Of a stretch of 64,000 nt of DNA, positions 24,616-34,069 are shown one piece after another. Both the position numbers and the translations under genes were made by a program. Where the stretch lies: positions 80,215 to 144,214 of the forward strand of contig DASCPX010000071.1 of NCBI GenBank assembly GCA_036012755.1, read 5' to 3'. This DNA is from Myxococcota bacterium (GTDB taxonomy: Bacteria > Myxococcota_A > UBA796 > CAJQPC01). The notes under the pieces are model-generated. The model saw nothing but the letters and a program-made list of their open reading frames with translations, was not told the DNA's origin and made no database searches. Within the stretch, counting starts at the first letter, position 1. Every line of letters starts with the position of its first letter.

Positions 24616-25598
24616 CTCGGAGCCTTCTCGTGACCGAAGGGCCGGGGCTGGGTGTACTGCTCGATGAGCGGTGAGGCCGCGTTCATCAGCAGGATGGCGT
24701 ACATGACCCCCTCTGGGAGCCCACCGAAGCGACGGATGAGGACGACCAGGGCGCCGATCCCGATGCCGAAGACCCAGGCGCCGCGTGGCGTGGTGGGCGA
24801 GGTCACCGGGTCGGTGGCCATGAACACGGCGCCGAAGAGCAGGCCGCCGGACAGAAGCATGAAGTCCACCGGCGGGTGGGTCTCGCCGACCAGGGCGAGC
24901 AGGGCGGACAGTCCTGCCACGGAGCCCAGGATCGCGACCGGGATGCGCCACTGAAAGGCGCGCTTCCAGAAGAGGTAGAGCCCGGCGACGAGGATCAACG
25001 CGGCGCTGGTCTCGCCCAGGGACCCGGCAGTCCCGCCCAGGTAGAGCTCGGTCAGCCCGGTGAGCTCTCCGTCGAACTTCTGGAGACCCAAGGGCGTCGC
25101 CGAGGACACCACGTCGACGTGCATGAAGGGGATGGCGAAGGTCGCCTCACCGAAGCGCATCCACGCCCCTTCCGTCGGAGGGGCCCAGGTCGTGAGGGTG
25201 ATCGGGAAGGCGGCCTGCAAGAAGGCGCGGCCTACCAGCGCGGGGTTGAAGAGGTTCTGCCCCAGCCCGCCGAAGACGAGCTTGCCGAGCCCCATGCCTG
25301 CGGCACCGCCCAGGGCGGCCATCCACAGCGGCACACCGGGCGGCAGCGTGAGGCCGAGCAAGAGCCCCGTGAGCACCCCGCTCCAGTCGCGCACGGCCCC
25401 GCGTCCCGAGATCGCCCACTCGGTGCCGACGGCCCCCGCGATGGCCGCCAGGATGACCAGCGGCGCGGAGGGACCGAAGAACCACGTCGCCGCCACCACC
25501 AGCGGCAGCGCCGCATAGAAGACGTGGCGCATGATGCCGGGGGTCGTGGCGTCGGCCCGGACGAAGGGCGCCGGACGCAGCGTGAGGCGGCGACTCAC
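24612..25598 (-). CDS. rnfD: Rnf complex subunit D
   Basis: KLVFGGLGQNLFNPALVGR, SSATPL, GSLGETS, FMATDPVTSP. Confidence 0.93.
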   Translation of the reverse strand: MSRRLTLRPAPFVRADATTPGIMRHVFYAALPLVVAATWFFGPSAPLVILAAIAGAVGTEWAISGRGAVRDWSGVLTGLLLGLTLPPGVPLWMAALGGAAGMGLGKLVFGGLGQNLFNPALVGRAFLQAAFPITLTTWAPPTEGAWMRFGEATFAIPFMHVDVVSSATPLGLQKFDGELTGLTELYLGGTAGSLGETSAALILVAGLYLFWKRAFQWRIPVAILGSVAGLSALLALVGETHPPVDFMLLSGGLLFGAVFMATDPVTSPTTPRGAWVFGIGIGALVVLIRRFGGLPEGVMYAILLMNAASPLIEQYTQPRPFGHEKAPR

Positions 25599-26884
25599 TT
25601 TCGGGACCGGAGCGTCCGCTTCGCCGAACGGATGAGCTGGACGAGCGGGATCTCGGAGGGGCATGCCCAGGTGCAGGCGCCGCACTCCATGCAGTCCAGG
25701 ACGTTCCAGTTCTCCATCTCGTCGACGAACCCGGCCCGGGCGAGGCGGCCGAAGAGCGAGGGGTTCAGCTTGTAGCCGCAGGCCTCGAGGCAGCGGCCAC
25801 AGCGAATGCAGGGCCCGGCCTCGGCGAGGTCGAGGTCACCCTCTCGGAACACCAGCAGACCGCTGGTTCCCTTGAGGACCGGGGCGTCCAGCGCCGTGAC
25901 GGGCATGCCCATCATCGGTCCGCCCATCACGATCTGGACTCCCTCCTCTGGGGCGCCGCAGTGGGCGAGCACGTCCCGGATGGGCGTGCCGATGGGGACC
26001 CGCAGGTTGGCAGGTCGGGCCACCGCGGGTCCGGACACCGTCACCGTCCGGTCGATCAGCGGGATTCCCAGCTCGATCCAGTCGGCGATCGCCGCCATCG
26101 TGCTGACGTTGTTGACCACCATCTCCAGATCCAGCGGGAGCTTGCCAGCTGGCACCTCCACGCCGAAGAGGGCGTGGATGAGCATCTTCTCGGCGCCCTG
26201 GGGGTACTTCACCTGGACCGGCTGCACCTTGATGCTTCGCTGTCCCATCGCTCCCAGCAAGGCCGCTACCGCGTCCGGCTTGTTCTCCTCGACCCCGATG
26301 ACAGCGCGCTCCGCGCCAAGGGCCTCGACCACCAACTCGACGCCACGCAGCACGCGGTCGGGCTGCTCGACCATGGTGCGGTGATCGCTGGTCAACAGCG
26401 GCTCGCACTCGCAGCCGTTGAGCACGAGATCCTTGCAGCGACGACCCTCTGAGAGGGAGTACTTCACGTGAGAGGGAAAGGCCGCGCCGCCGAGGCCGAC
26501 GATGCCACCCGCCTGCACCAACTCGACGAAGTCCTCGCCCTCGGGCGCCTCCGTCACCAGCTCCTGGCTGTCCCAGGGGTCGGCCTCGATCTCGATGGCG
26601 GGCAAGAGCGAGCCCGTGGGGTGGCGGTGGCGCTGGACGCTGCGGACCCGCCCGGTGACGGGGCTGTGGAGCGAGGTGGACACGAAGCCACCCGGAGAGG
26701 CGATGAGCTGCCCCCGGCGGACCTCGTCCCCGACATCGACGAGCGGCTTGCTCGGAGCGCCGATGTGTTGGCCGAGCAGCATCACGAAGCGCTGGCCGAA
26801 GGGCATGCGCCGGACCGCAAGGTGCGCCGTCCTCCCCTTGTCGTCGTGCGGGTGGACGCCGTGCTCGAAGGTCGGGGAGCTCAC
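25595..26884 (-). CDS. rnfC: Rnf complex subunit C
   Basis: QHIGAP, GIVGLGGAAFP, NGCECEP, KYPQGAEK, GGPMMG, CIRCGRC and CMECGAC. Confidence 0.93.
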   Translation of the reverse strand: MSSPTFEHGVHPHDDKGRTAHLAVRRMPFGQRFVMLLGQHIGAPSKPLVDVGDEVRRGQLIASPGGFVSTSLHSPVTGRVRSVQRHRHPTGSLLPAIEIEADPWDSQELVTEAPEGEDFVELVQAGGIVGLGGAAFPSHVKYSLSEGRRCKDLVLNGCECEPLLTSDHRTMVEQPDRVLRGVELVVEALGAERAVIGVEENKPDAVAALLGAMGQRSIKVQPVQVKYPQGAEKMLIHALFGVEVPAGKLPLDLEMVVNNVSTMAAIADWIELGIPLIDRTVTVSGPAVARPANLRVPIGTPIRDVLAHCGAPEEGVQIVMGGPMMGMPVTALDAPVLKGTSGLLVFREGDLDLAEAGPCIRCGRCLEACGYKLNPSLFGRLARAGFVDEMENWNVLDCMECGACTWACPSEIPLVQLIRSAKRTLRSRK

Positions 26885-29800
26885 TGCTCGACTCCTTCCA
26901 GGATCCCCGCGAGCGACATCAGCCGCCCCTCCAGCCGGTCGGCGAAGCGCTGGTCCTCGTCGGCCTTCAGCTCCGCGCGATCTTCCTCCAGCTCGGACCG
27001 CAGCTCGGCCTCGCGGGCTGCGTACTGAGCCTCCAGCTCCTGGCGGAGGCCAGGCAGGGCCCGGAGCTCGCTCAGCACGCCGTCGGTCTCGCTCTCCAGG
27101 CGCAGCTCGGCCAGGGGCGCTCCGGGGGCGAGGCGCCACAGCGGCCAGCGGCCCATGGCCACCACCTCGGCGGAGGTGGGTATGGCCGAGGAGCTGTCCG
27201 CAGGGGTCGGTGCATGGATCCGGACCACCGCAGGACCATCGTGGGCCAGGGCCTCGAGGAGGACCTCCGCGAGGTGGTCGGGGTGGCCGACCGCGGTCTG
27301 CGCGACCAAGGCCCCCCGGCGCCACAGGGCCAGCAGCTCCAGCTCGGCGGGATCCTGGTGATCGCAGAGGATCAGGACCTTCAGCGGCAGCTCCCCGAGG
27401 TTCGCGCGAAGCAGCTCGTCACCGCCCACGACGACCACCGGCGGCGGGTGGCACGCCGGTGGCTCCTGCTTCAGCTCCCTGCACGCGGCGCGGAGGTGCT
27501 CATCGCCCTCATCGACCTGTGCGAGCTGCCCCTTCGCCAGCCCCTCGGCGAGCTCCATCGCGCGGCCGGCGCCAGCGACGACGACGGGCACCTGGAAGGG
27601 GTTGTAGGGAAACTCGATGCCCCAGTCGGCCGCCAGCTCAGGTGCCAGGACCAGCCCGAACCGAGCCCGCCCCAAGCCACGGGATCCCTTCTCGAGGCGC
27701 TGGCGCAGCCGATCCAGATCTTCGCAGAGGGCCGCCCGGACGCGCAGTCGCGCACGGTCCTTCGGGGTCAGGGCGCCGTCGGTGCTGACGTCGCCCTCTG
27801 CCAGCGCCTGCTCGAGCGTCGCTCCGCTGGGGAGCGCGCGGGCGAGCTCGTCGCGGACCGCAGCGCCGAGCTCCGCCCTGACGGCCCGCAAGCGGCGCAC
27901 ATGGTCGACGAGGCGAGGCTGCAGCGCCGCCTCCGCCATCGCCAGGGCAGCCCGGAGGGCCAGCTTGGCTCCAGAGCCGGGAGCCCGGCCGTTTCCGCCG
28001 GCGAGAGCGAAGGCGCAGTGGCGTGTCAGCAGGCGGGCGGCCAGCGGTCCGAGACGAGGCTCCAAGGTCTCCATCGTCGGGCCGGCGGTGTCCGGCAGAC
28101 CCTCCCAGACGCTCCAGGCCCGGCGAGCGGCCACCACCCGCTCGGTCGTCTGCGGCTGCATCGTCAGCGCCACGGGCTCACAGGCCGCGGCGCAGGCCCC
28201 GCAGGCGGTGCAGGTGGCCGGATCGACGACCAGCGACAGGAGGATGTCCTCTGACCAGGGGGCGGACAGCGGCAGGCCATCCAGGGCAGCAGCTCCAGCT
28301 TCTATGGCCTCTTCGGGGGCGGCCACGCCAGCCTCGCGCAGGGTGGTCCCCGCGTCAGGCCTGACCTGCTTCCGCACGGCCTTCGCGAGCTTCTTCGCCA
28401 GGGGCTTCAGCGGCGAACCACCAGCCTTGACCGCGACATCGACCAGCGCCCGGCTGTCGATGGCCACGACCCCGATGGCCGCCTCCGGACACGCGACCCA
28501 GCAGTCACCGCAGCCCGTGCACGCATCAGGTGCGAAGGCAGGCAGCGACTCGCGGGTGGCAGAGAGATCGTGGAAGGTCGAGGTCAGCGGCGGGATGGCG
28601 CCGAGCGCCAGCGCCGGATCGGGGGTGAGCGGGGCACCCTCGACGAAGGGCTTGCCCACGCTGCCCCAGAAGCGGCGCACGCCGTCGGGGGCGGCGTCAT
28701 CTCCCAGCTCGCGAACGACCAGCGGGGGAAGGCGACCTGGAAGCTCGGGGCGCTGGGTTCGGGCAGGCGGTCCGCCGTCCCAGGCGCTCTCGAAGTCCTC
28801 TAGCCCGTCGTCACCGTAGAGCTCTCTCCAGACGGTCCTGGCGTCGCGCTCCTTCCACTCCAGGCCCTGGGTCCGGAGCCACCCGGCGAGACCGCCGAGG
28901 ACCGCGGCAGGAGACCCGTCGAGGTCCAGCTCGGCCCTGACCTTGTCGCCGGGGTCACCGTTGGGCGCGGGGGCCCAGTAGAGCCAGCGCCGGCGGCTGC
29001 GGACGTGACCTCCGACGAGGCGCTGCATGAGCTGGGCCGCTGGCCCGACGAGCTCTTCGGGCAGCGCCACGACGAGACCCTGGGGGGTGAGGGAGGTCTG
29101 CGAGCGCAGCCCCAGTCCAGCTGCCTTCGGGAAGCGCTGCCGCAGCTCCTCGAAGTGCGCCTGCTGGCGGGGATAGGCGCTGTCAGCGGGCGCGAAGTCG
29201 AGACCGAGGTAGACACGCGAAGAGAGCGGCGGAGAGAGGCAGGCCCCAAGCACGTCAGCCGCCGACAGGGGGAACCCGCCGGCTCCACCCACCAGGGAGA
29301 CCACCCGTCCCCTGGCGTGGGGGGCGACCTCGCGCAACAGCGGCGGCTCACTCGCGAGATCGCCGGCCACGCGCTCCATGACGAGCACCGTGCGACCGCC
29401 GAGCCGTGTGTGCAGCTCCGTCGCCGGGAAGGGTCGAAGGCAGCGCACACCGATGACGCCGAGCTTGCGGCCACCGAGGACACCTTCGGCGACCTCGACG
29501 GCGGAGCCCTGGCTCACGATGACCGTCTCGGCGTTGTCGTCTCCAGCCCAGGACAGGGCGCCGAGGTGGCGTCCGGTGCGCTCACCGAGCCCCGCGAAGG
29601 CCCGGGCGACGAGACCCGGGACCGGCCAGTGGAGGTAGGGCTGGCGCGCAGCCGCGCCAAGGGCCCAGCTCTTGCGGCCCTGGGCGGCCCCGTGGAGCGC
29701 TGGGCGCTCGAGGTCGTGCCACAGCGGAACGCGACGACGGTCATCGCCGAAGAGCACGGACTGGGCGCGGGTCGGGCACTCGATCCGCGTGTCGGGCGAG

Positions 29801-30321
29801 CCGGAGAAGCCCGCTAGCAAGGCCTGATCCGGGAGGCGCAGGGTCTGGGGCGCCGCGGCGGTCTGATCGGCGTCCATTCCCACGAGCACCGGCAGAAGCG
29901 AGGTCTCGGCGATCTCCCGCGCGGCGATGCTCAGGTCGGCCACGTCCTGGACGTTGTGGGCCATGAGCTGCACGCAGCCGGCATCGGCCACGGCATGCCA
30001 GGCGTCATGCCCGGTGCCGCAGGCCACTGCGTGACCGGGGCCTCCTCGGCACACGACGTGCACGACCAGCGGCAAGGAGCGACCTGCCGCCCAGGCGAGC
30101 AGCTCGTGGGCTCCAGCCAGCTCGGGTCCGTCCAGCCAGGCGGTCGCTCGCAGCCCGGCCATGGCCGCCCCCACCGCCTCGGGCAGCGCGAAGCGCTCGG
30201 AGCCGAGCAGCTCCTCCGCCAGGGCCGCCGCCTCGTACCCCGTGAGGACACCGATCTCGCCCCGTTCCTCTGGAGCCTTCGTCCGAAGACCCTCGACCCA
30301 CCGCATGATCCGCTCACGCAT
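26881..30321 (-). CDS. Degenerate pyruvate:ferredoxin oxidoreductase-like protein with two [4Fe-4S] motifs
   Basis: Colinear with PFOR domains (HDAWHA, NVQDVAD, LRPFP, PYNPF); CTGCGDCWVACP and CTACGACAAACEP; YPITP and GDG motifs missing. Confidence 0.75.
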   Translation of the reverse strand: MRERIMRWVEGLRTKAPEERGEIGVLTGYEAAALAEELLGSERFALPEAVGAAMAGLRATAWLDGPELAGAHELLAWAAGRSLPLVVHVVCRGGPGHAVACGTGHDAWHAVADAGCVQLMAHNVQDVADLSIAAREIAETSLLPVLVGMDADQTAAAPQTLRLPDQALLAGFSGSPDTRIECPTRAQSVLFGDDRRRVPLWHDLERPALHGAAQGRKSWALGAAARQPYLHWPVPGLVARAFAGLGERTGRHLGALSWAGDDNAETVIVSQGSAVEVAEGVLGGRKLGVIGVRCLRPFPATELHTRLGGRTVLVMERVAGDLASEPPLLREVAPHARGRVVSLVGGAGGFPLSAADVLGACLSPPLSSRVYLGLDFAPADSAYPRQQAHFEELRQRFPKAAGLGLRSQTSLTPQGLVVALPEELVGPAAQLMQRLVGGHVRSRRRWLYWAPAPNGDPGDKVRAELDLDGSPAAVLGGLAGWLRTQGLEWKERDARTVWRELYGDDGLEDFESAWDGGPPARTQRPELPGRLPPLVVRELGDDAAPDGVRRFWGSVGKPFVEGAPLTPDPALALGAIPPLTSTFHDLSATRESLPAFAPDACTGCGDCWVACPEAAIGVVAIDSRALVDVAVKAGGSPLKPLAKKLAKAVRKQVRPDAGTTLREAGVAAPEEAIEAGAAALDGLPLSAPWSEDILLSLVVDPATCTACGACAAACEPVALTMQPQTTERVVAARRAWSVWEGLPDTAGPTMETLEPRLGPLAARLLTRHCAFALAGGNGRAPGSGAKLALRAALAMAEAALQPRLVDHVRRLRAVRAELGAAVRDELARALPSGATLEQALAEGDVSTDGALTPKDRARLRVRAALCEDLDRLRQRLEKGSRGLGRARFGLVLAPELAADWGIEFPYNPFQVPVVVAGAGRAMELAEGLAKGQLAQVDEGDEHLRAACRELKQEPPACHPPPVVVVGGDELLRANLGELPLKVLILCDHQDPAELELLALWRRGALVAQTAVGHPDHLAEVLLEALAHDGPAVVRIHAPTPADSSSAIPTSAEVVAMGRWPLWRLAPGAPLAELRLESETDGVLSELRALPGLRQELEAQYAAREAELRSELEEDRAELKADEDQRFADRLEGRLMSLAGILEGVEQ

Positions 30322-31147
30322 AGACTCGCTCCAAGACCGGGAACTGCTGGCCGGGGGCCCAGACGATGGCGCCGGTCGGGCAGCGGGCAGTGATCGCCGG
30401 GGTAGCGGGTCCACCACCGGCGTAGTCGACGACCGGCAGTCCATCGACCATGCGGATCAGCTCCTGTGGAGCGTCCTGGGCGCAGCGACCGCAAGCGTCG
30501 CAGGCGACTGCGCAGAGCGCCATGGCGGCCTCGCCAGCCAGCGGCGCGCTGCACTGGACCAGCAGCGCGTGCTCCAGCGGAGTCACGTGGAAGAGGTCCC
30601 GCGGGCAGGCCTCGACGCAGTCTCCACAGGCAGTGCACTCGAGCACGTCGACCACCGGCAAGCCGTTTCGGTTCATCGAGATGGCGTCGAAGCCGCAGGC
30701 GACCTCGCAGTCGGCGAGGCCGAGGCAACCCCAGGGGCAGGACTTGCCGCCGCCGGAGAGCACCGCCGCCCCCGAGCAGCTGTCGAAGCCGCGGTACTCG
30801 GCGAGCCTTCGGGCCTGGCCGTAGCCCCCCGCGCAGGCCAGGCGGGCGACGCGCTTCGTGGCCTCTCCCGCGTCGACGCCGAGGAGTTCGGCGACCGCCT
30901 CGATGCCCTCTGGGCTGTTGACCGTGCAGTCGGAGGGTGTGTGGGCGCCGGCCAGGAGCTTCACCGCGAAGGCCTTGCAACCCGGCTCCCCGCAGGCACC
31001 GCAGTTCGAGCCCGGCAGGGCCTCGTCGAGGGCCTCCAGCCGAGGGTCCTCGGCCACCCGCAGGAAGCGCCACGCCACCGTGAGCACGACCGCGAAGAAC
31101 AGCGCGATCCCGGTCATGATGCCGATCGCCAGCAGGACGTTCGTCAC
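30314..31147 (-). CDS. rnfB: Rnf complex subunit B
   Basis: N-terminal TM, EDPR, LPGSNCGACGEPGC, CLGLADC, CTACGDCVEACP. Confidence 0.9.
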   Translation of the reverse strand: MTNVLLAIGIMTGIALFFAVVLTVAWRFLRVAEDPRLEALDEALPGSNCGACGEPGCKAFAVKLLAGAHTPSDCTVNSPEGIEAVAELLGVDAGEATKRVARLACAGGYGQARRLAEYRGFDSCSGAAVLSGGGKSCPWGCLGLADCEVACGFDAISMNRNGLPVVDVLECTACGDCVEACPRDLFHVTPLEHALLVQCSAPLAGEAAMALCAVACDACGRCAQDAPQELIRMVDGLPVVDYAGGGPATPAITARCPTGAIVWAPGQQFPVLERVYA

Positions 31148-33108
31148 TTCGGAGGCGGCCCGGGGTAGATGCATTTCGCGGGGCACTTCTCCGCGGCGGC
31201 GACGAGCTCGGCGTGGGTGCCGGCGGCGAGGTCACCGATGGTGGCCTGCTTGTTCTCGTCGTAGATGAACAACAGCGGGTTGATCTCGAGGCAGTCGTTG
31301 CAGCTCGTGCAGAGAGCGCTGTCGATCCAGGCCTCTTCATCGTCATCGTCGTCCTCGACGACGGGCTCGGGCTCGGAGGCCGCAGGTTCGGGCTCGTCCT
31401 CCACCACCGGCGCTGTCACGGCGCGCGGTGGCGGACGCACCGCCGGGGCGGCTTCGCCGTCGATCAACACCGAGGCGAGGCGCTGTATTGCCTCTCGGGC
31501 AGCCTCGACGCGGAGTCGGGCGAGCTCCTCGCCGTGGACCTCTGCGAGGGCAGCCTGCTCCGACTCGCCCTGTCGCCGGGCCTCTTCGCGAGCCTGCGCC
31601 GCCGCCTGGCGGGCGTGCTCGTTGGCGACGCCCCCCAGCTCCCGGAGGTGCCGCCAGGTGCGCCGCCGGTCGGCGATCGCCAGCCGCAGCGCGTCCGAAC
31701 AGCTCTGGGGGCCGTCGTTGGTCGCGACCTCGCCCTCCGGATCGGGCTGGAAGTGGTGCGCAAGCGCCGGGTCGAGCAAGGCGTAGTCGGCGAAGGTGAA
31801 GCCCGTCGACCAGTCCTCCTCTGGCTCGGGGTTTCCAGAGACGTCCATGGCGGCGGCCCAGCTCTCACCCGCCGAGGGGTCGTAGCGGAACAGGGGCAGG
31901 GCCCGGGCGTCGACCGCTGCGCTGGCGGTGAGCCAGGCGCCGATGGGCAGTGTCTCCCCATCCAACAGCCCGCTGGCCACAAGGTGAAGCGCCGGCCGCA
32001 GCCCGCCCAGCGCTGCCCGGAAGCCCTCCCACAGGTGCTCGTGACGAGCAGGGGTGGACTGCTGGACGAAGGCCTGTCGCATGCTGACGGCGAGCAGGCC
32101 CAGCTCGACCCGGTGCCCGGCCAGCGGATCCTCTCCCGGCGCGAGGCCGGGGTTGCGGGAAGGCTGGACCTCCGCGAGGATCTGCAGGGGGCGACCGGAG
32201 GCGAGGAGGCGGATCAGCGCGCCGAGCTCGCCAGATGCGAGGGTGTCCGCGTCGGTGACCACGATGATGGTGGGCAACAGCGCGGCCTCCGCCTCGCCGA
32301 AACAGCGCCAGTCGAAGGCGTGGAGCAGCGGCTCGTGCCGCTCGGGATCCCAGGCATCGGCGAGCTCCAGCCTGGCGGCCCGCAGGCCTCCCAGGGCCAG
32401 GGCGAGCTCCTGCGCCGCCACGTCGAAGCGGGCAGCAGCCGTCGCGCAGGCCTCGTCTCCGCCAGGCACGACGATGACCGCCGGACCGCAGAGGTGGAGC
32501 TGCTCGATCAGTGACCGGATGCGCGCCCGGCGCTCTGGCGGCATCGCGAGAGTGCCCCGTCGACCCACCATCGTGGCGAGCGCGCCAGCGTCCAGGCGCT
32601 CTCCGGTAGTCCCACCGAGTTCGCCGCTGCGGTCCTCGTAGGCTCGCTCGACCGCCAGCAGGCTGCGGAGGGCCTGCTGGGTGCTCTGGAGCTCGGCGAC
32701 CAGGGCCCGCCGAACGGGCAGCGCGTGTTGGCGCGCGGCCTCCTCGAGCAGAGCCAGCGCCGCCCCGGAGTCGTAGGACAGCAGCCTGCCTTCGGCTGGC
32801 AGCCCCTCGATGAGGTGCTCCAGCAGGGCCGCGAGCTGCTGATCGGGGCCTTCCCCCAGGCCCAGCTGTGCCCGCATCCGTTCGCCGGCGGCCCGGACGC
32901 AGTCACGAGGCGTTGTGCCCTCGCCCTCTCTCAGCGCGGCCTCCAGTCGGCCGAGGTTGTCGCTCAGCAAGGTGGAGCCGAGAGACTCGGCGATGCCGCG
33001 GATGTGCTCGGAGAGAGGCTCTGGAGCTCCACCGTCCAGCAACAAGGGCCACGGCAGGCGCAGGCGCCCCGGGTCGGCGTAGGGTTCGAATGCGACGGGC
33101 AGGGTCAT
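31144..33108 (-). CDS. Protein with a degenerate PFOR C-terminal-like region and C-terminal ferredoxin
   Basis: AVDARALPLFRYDP, NPEPEEDW, TFAD; C-terminal WIDSALCTSCNDC...AEKCPAKCI. Confidence 0.7.
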   Translation of the reverse strand: MTLPVAFEPYADPGRLRLPWPLLLDGGAPEPLSEHIRGIAESLGSTLLSDNLGRLEAALREGEGTTPRDCVRAAGERMRAQLGLGEGPDQQLAALLEHLIEGLPAEGRLLSYDSGAALALLEEAARQHALPVRRALVAELQSTQQALRSLLAVERAYEDRSGELGGTTGERLDAGALATMVGRRGTLAMPPERRARIRSLIEQLHLCGPAVIVVPGGDEACATAAARFDVAAQELALALGGLRAARLELADAWDPERHEPLLHAFDWRCFGEAEAALLPTIIVVTDADTLASGELGALIRLLASGRPLQILAEVQPSRNPGLAPGEDPLAGHRVELGLLAVSMRQAFVQQSTPARHEHLWEGFRAALGGLRPALHLVASGLLDGETLPIGAWLTASAAVDARALPLFRYDPSAGESWAAAMDVSGNPEPEEDWSTGFTFADYALLDPALAHHFQPDPEGEVATNDGPQSCSDALRLAIADRRRTWRHLRELGGVANEHARQAAAQAREEARRQGESEQAALAEVHGEELARLRVEAAREAIQRLASVLIDGEAAPAVRPPPRAVTAPVVEDEPEPAASEPEPVVEDDDDDEEAWIDSALCTSCNDCLEINPLLFIYDENKQATIGDLAAGTHAELVAAAEKCPAKCIYPGPPPK

Positions 33109-33115
33109 GTCCACC

Positions 33116-34069
33116 TCAGATGGCGAAGCGGTCGAGCTGGGTCTCCAGGGCGCTCAGCTTCTGTTCGGCGCTGGCTTCGATGCCGATAGCGCTGTAGTCG
33201 TCGTAGACCGGCCGCGTGGCGTCCTTGAAGAGCAGCCCGATGGGCACGCAGTCCCTGCGATCGGCCAGCGCACGGGCGCCGGCGAGGTCGGACGGTGCGT
33301 GCGCCAGCTCGTTCTCGAAGCTGCGCTTCACAGCGTCGGGATTCGGGATGCCGTCTGCGTCCGAGAGCACGAGGATCCTCTCCGGCTCCTTCTGCAGCTG
33401 GGCGAAGACGTGATCGGTGTAGGTGGGGCAGCGCTGGAGGATGCGGACGAAGGACAGCCCGCGGTGGTCGTGGGCCGCCTTGAGGGTCTCGTAGAGATGG
33501 GGCGGGTTCCAGTCGACGGTCTGGGCCACGAAGGAGGCGTTGGTCATGCCGAGCGTGGTCGCCAGGGGGTCCATGGCGGGCAACCAGGCACCCCGAGGAT
33601 GGGTGTTGGTCTTCTCGCCTGGCTCCGTGGTGGGCGAGGTCTGCTTCTTGGTGAGGCCGTAGATGTTGTTGTCGAACAACAGCACGACCATGTTCATGTT
33701 GTAGCGGATGGCGTGCAGCCAGTGGCCGGCGCCGATGGAGCAGCAGTCGCCGTCACCTGTCGCGACCCAGACGTCCAGGTCGGGGCGGCGGCACTTGATT
33801 CCCTCCGCGACGGGCAGGGCGCGACCGTGCAGACCGTGGAACCCGTAGGTGCCCATGTAGTGGGGGAAGCGGCCGGCGCAGCCAATCCCCGACACGCACA
33901 CGACCTTCTCCGGGCGCAGCTGCTTCTCGCGAAGGAGCCGCTGCACTGCGCTCAGCACGGCGAAGTCGCCGCAGCCCGGGCACCAGCGCCCTGTTCCGCC
34001 CTCGTAGTCCTCGAGGGTGAAGTAGCGAGGCGGGACCTCCATGGACCAGTCGTCCTTGAGACCGAACAT
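33116..34069 (-). CDS. korB: 2-oxoacid:ferredoxin oxidoreductase beta subunit
   Basis: WCPGCGD, VSGIGC, HGRALP, TPP motif GDGD...DNNIYGLTK-QTSPT. Confidence 0.88.
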   Translation of the reverse strand: MFGLKDDWSMEVPPRYFTLEDYEGGTGRWCPGCGDFAVLSAVQRLLREKQLRPEKVVCVSGIGCAGRFPHYMGTYGFHGLHGRALPVAEGIKCRRPDLDVWVATGDGDCCSIGAGHWLHAIRYNMNMVVLLFDNNIYGLTKKQTSPTTEPGEKTNTHPRGAWLPAMDPLATTLGMTNASFVAQTVDWNPPHLYETLKAAHDHRGLSFVRILQRCPTYTDHVFAQLQKEPERILVLSDADGIPNPDAVKRSFENELAHAPSDLAGARALADRRDCVPIGLLFKDATRPVYDDYSAIGIEASAEQKLSALETQLDRFAI

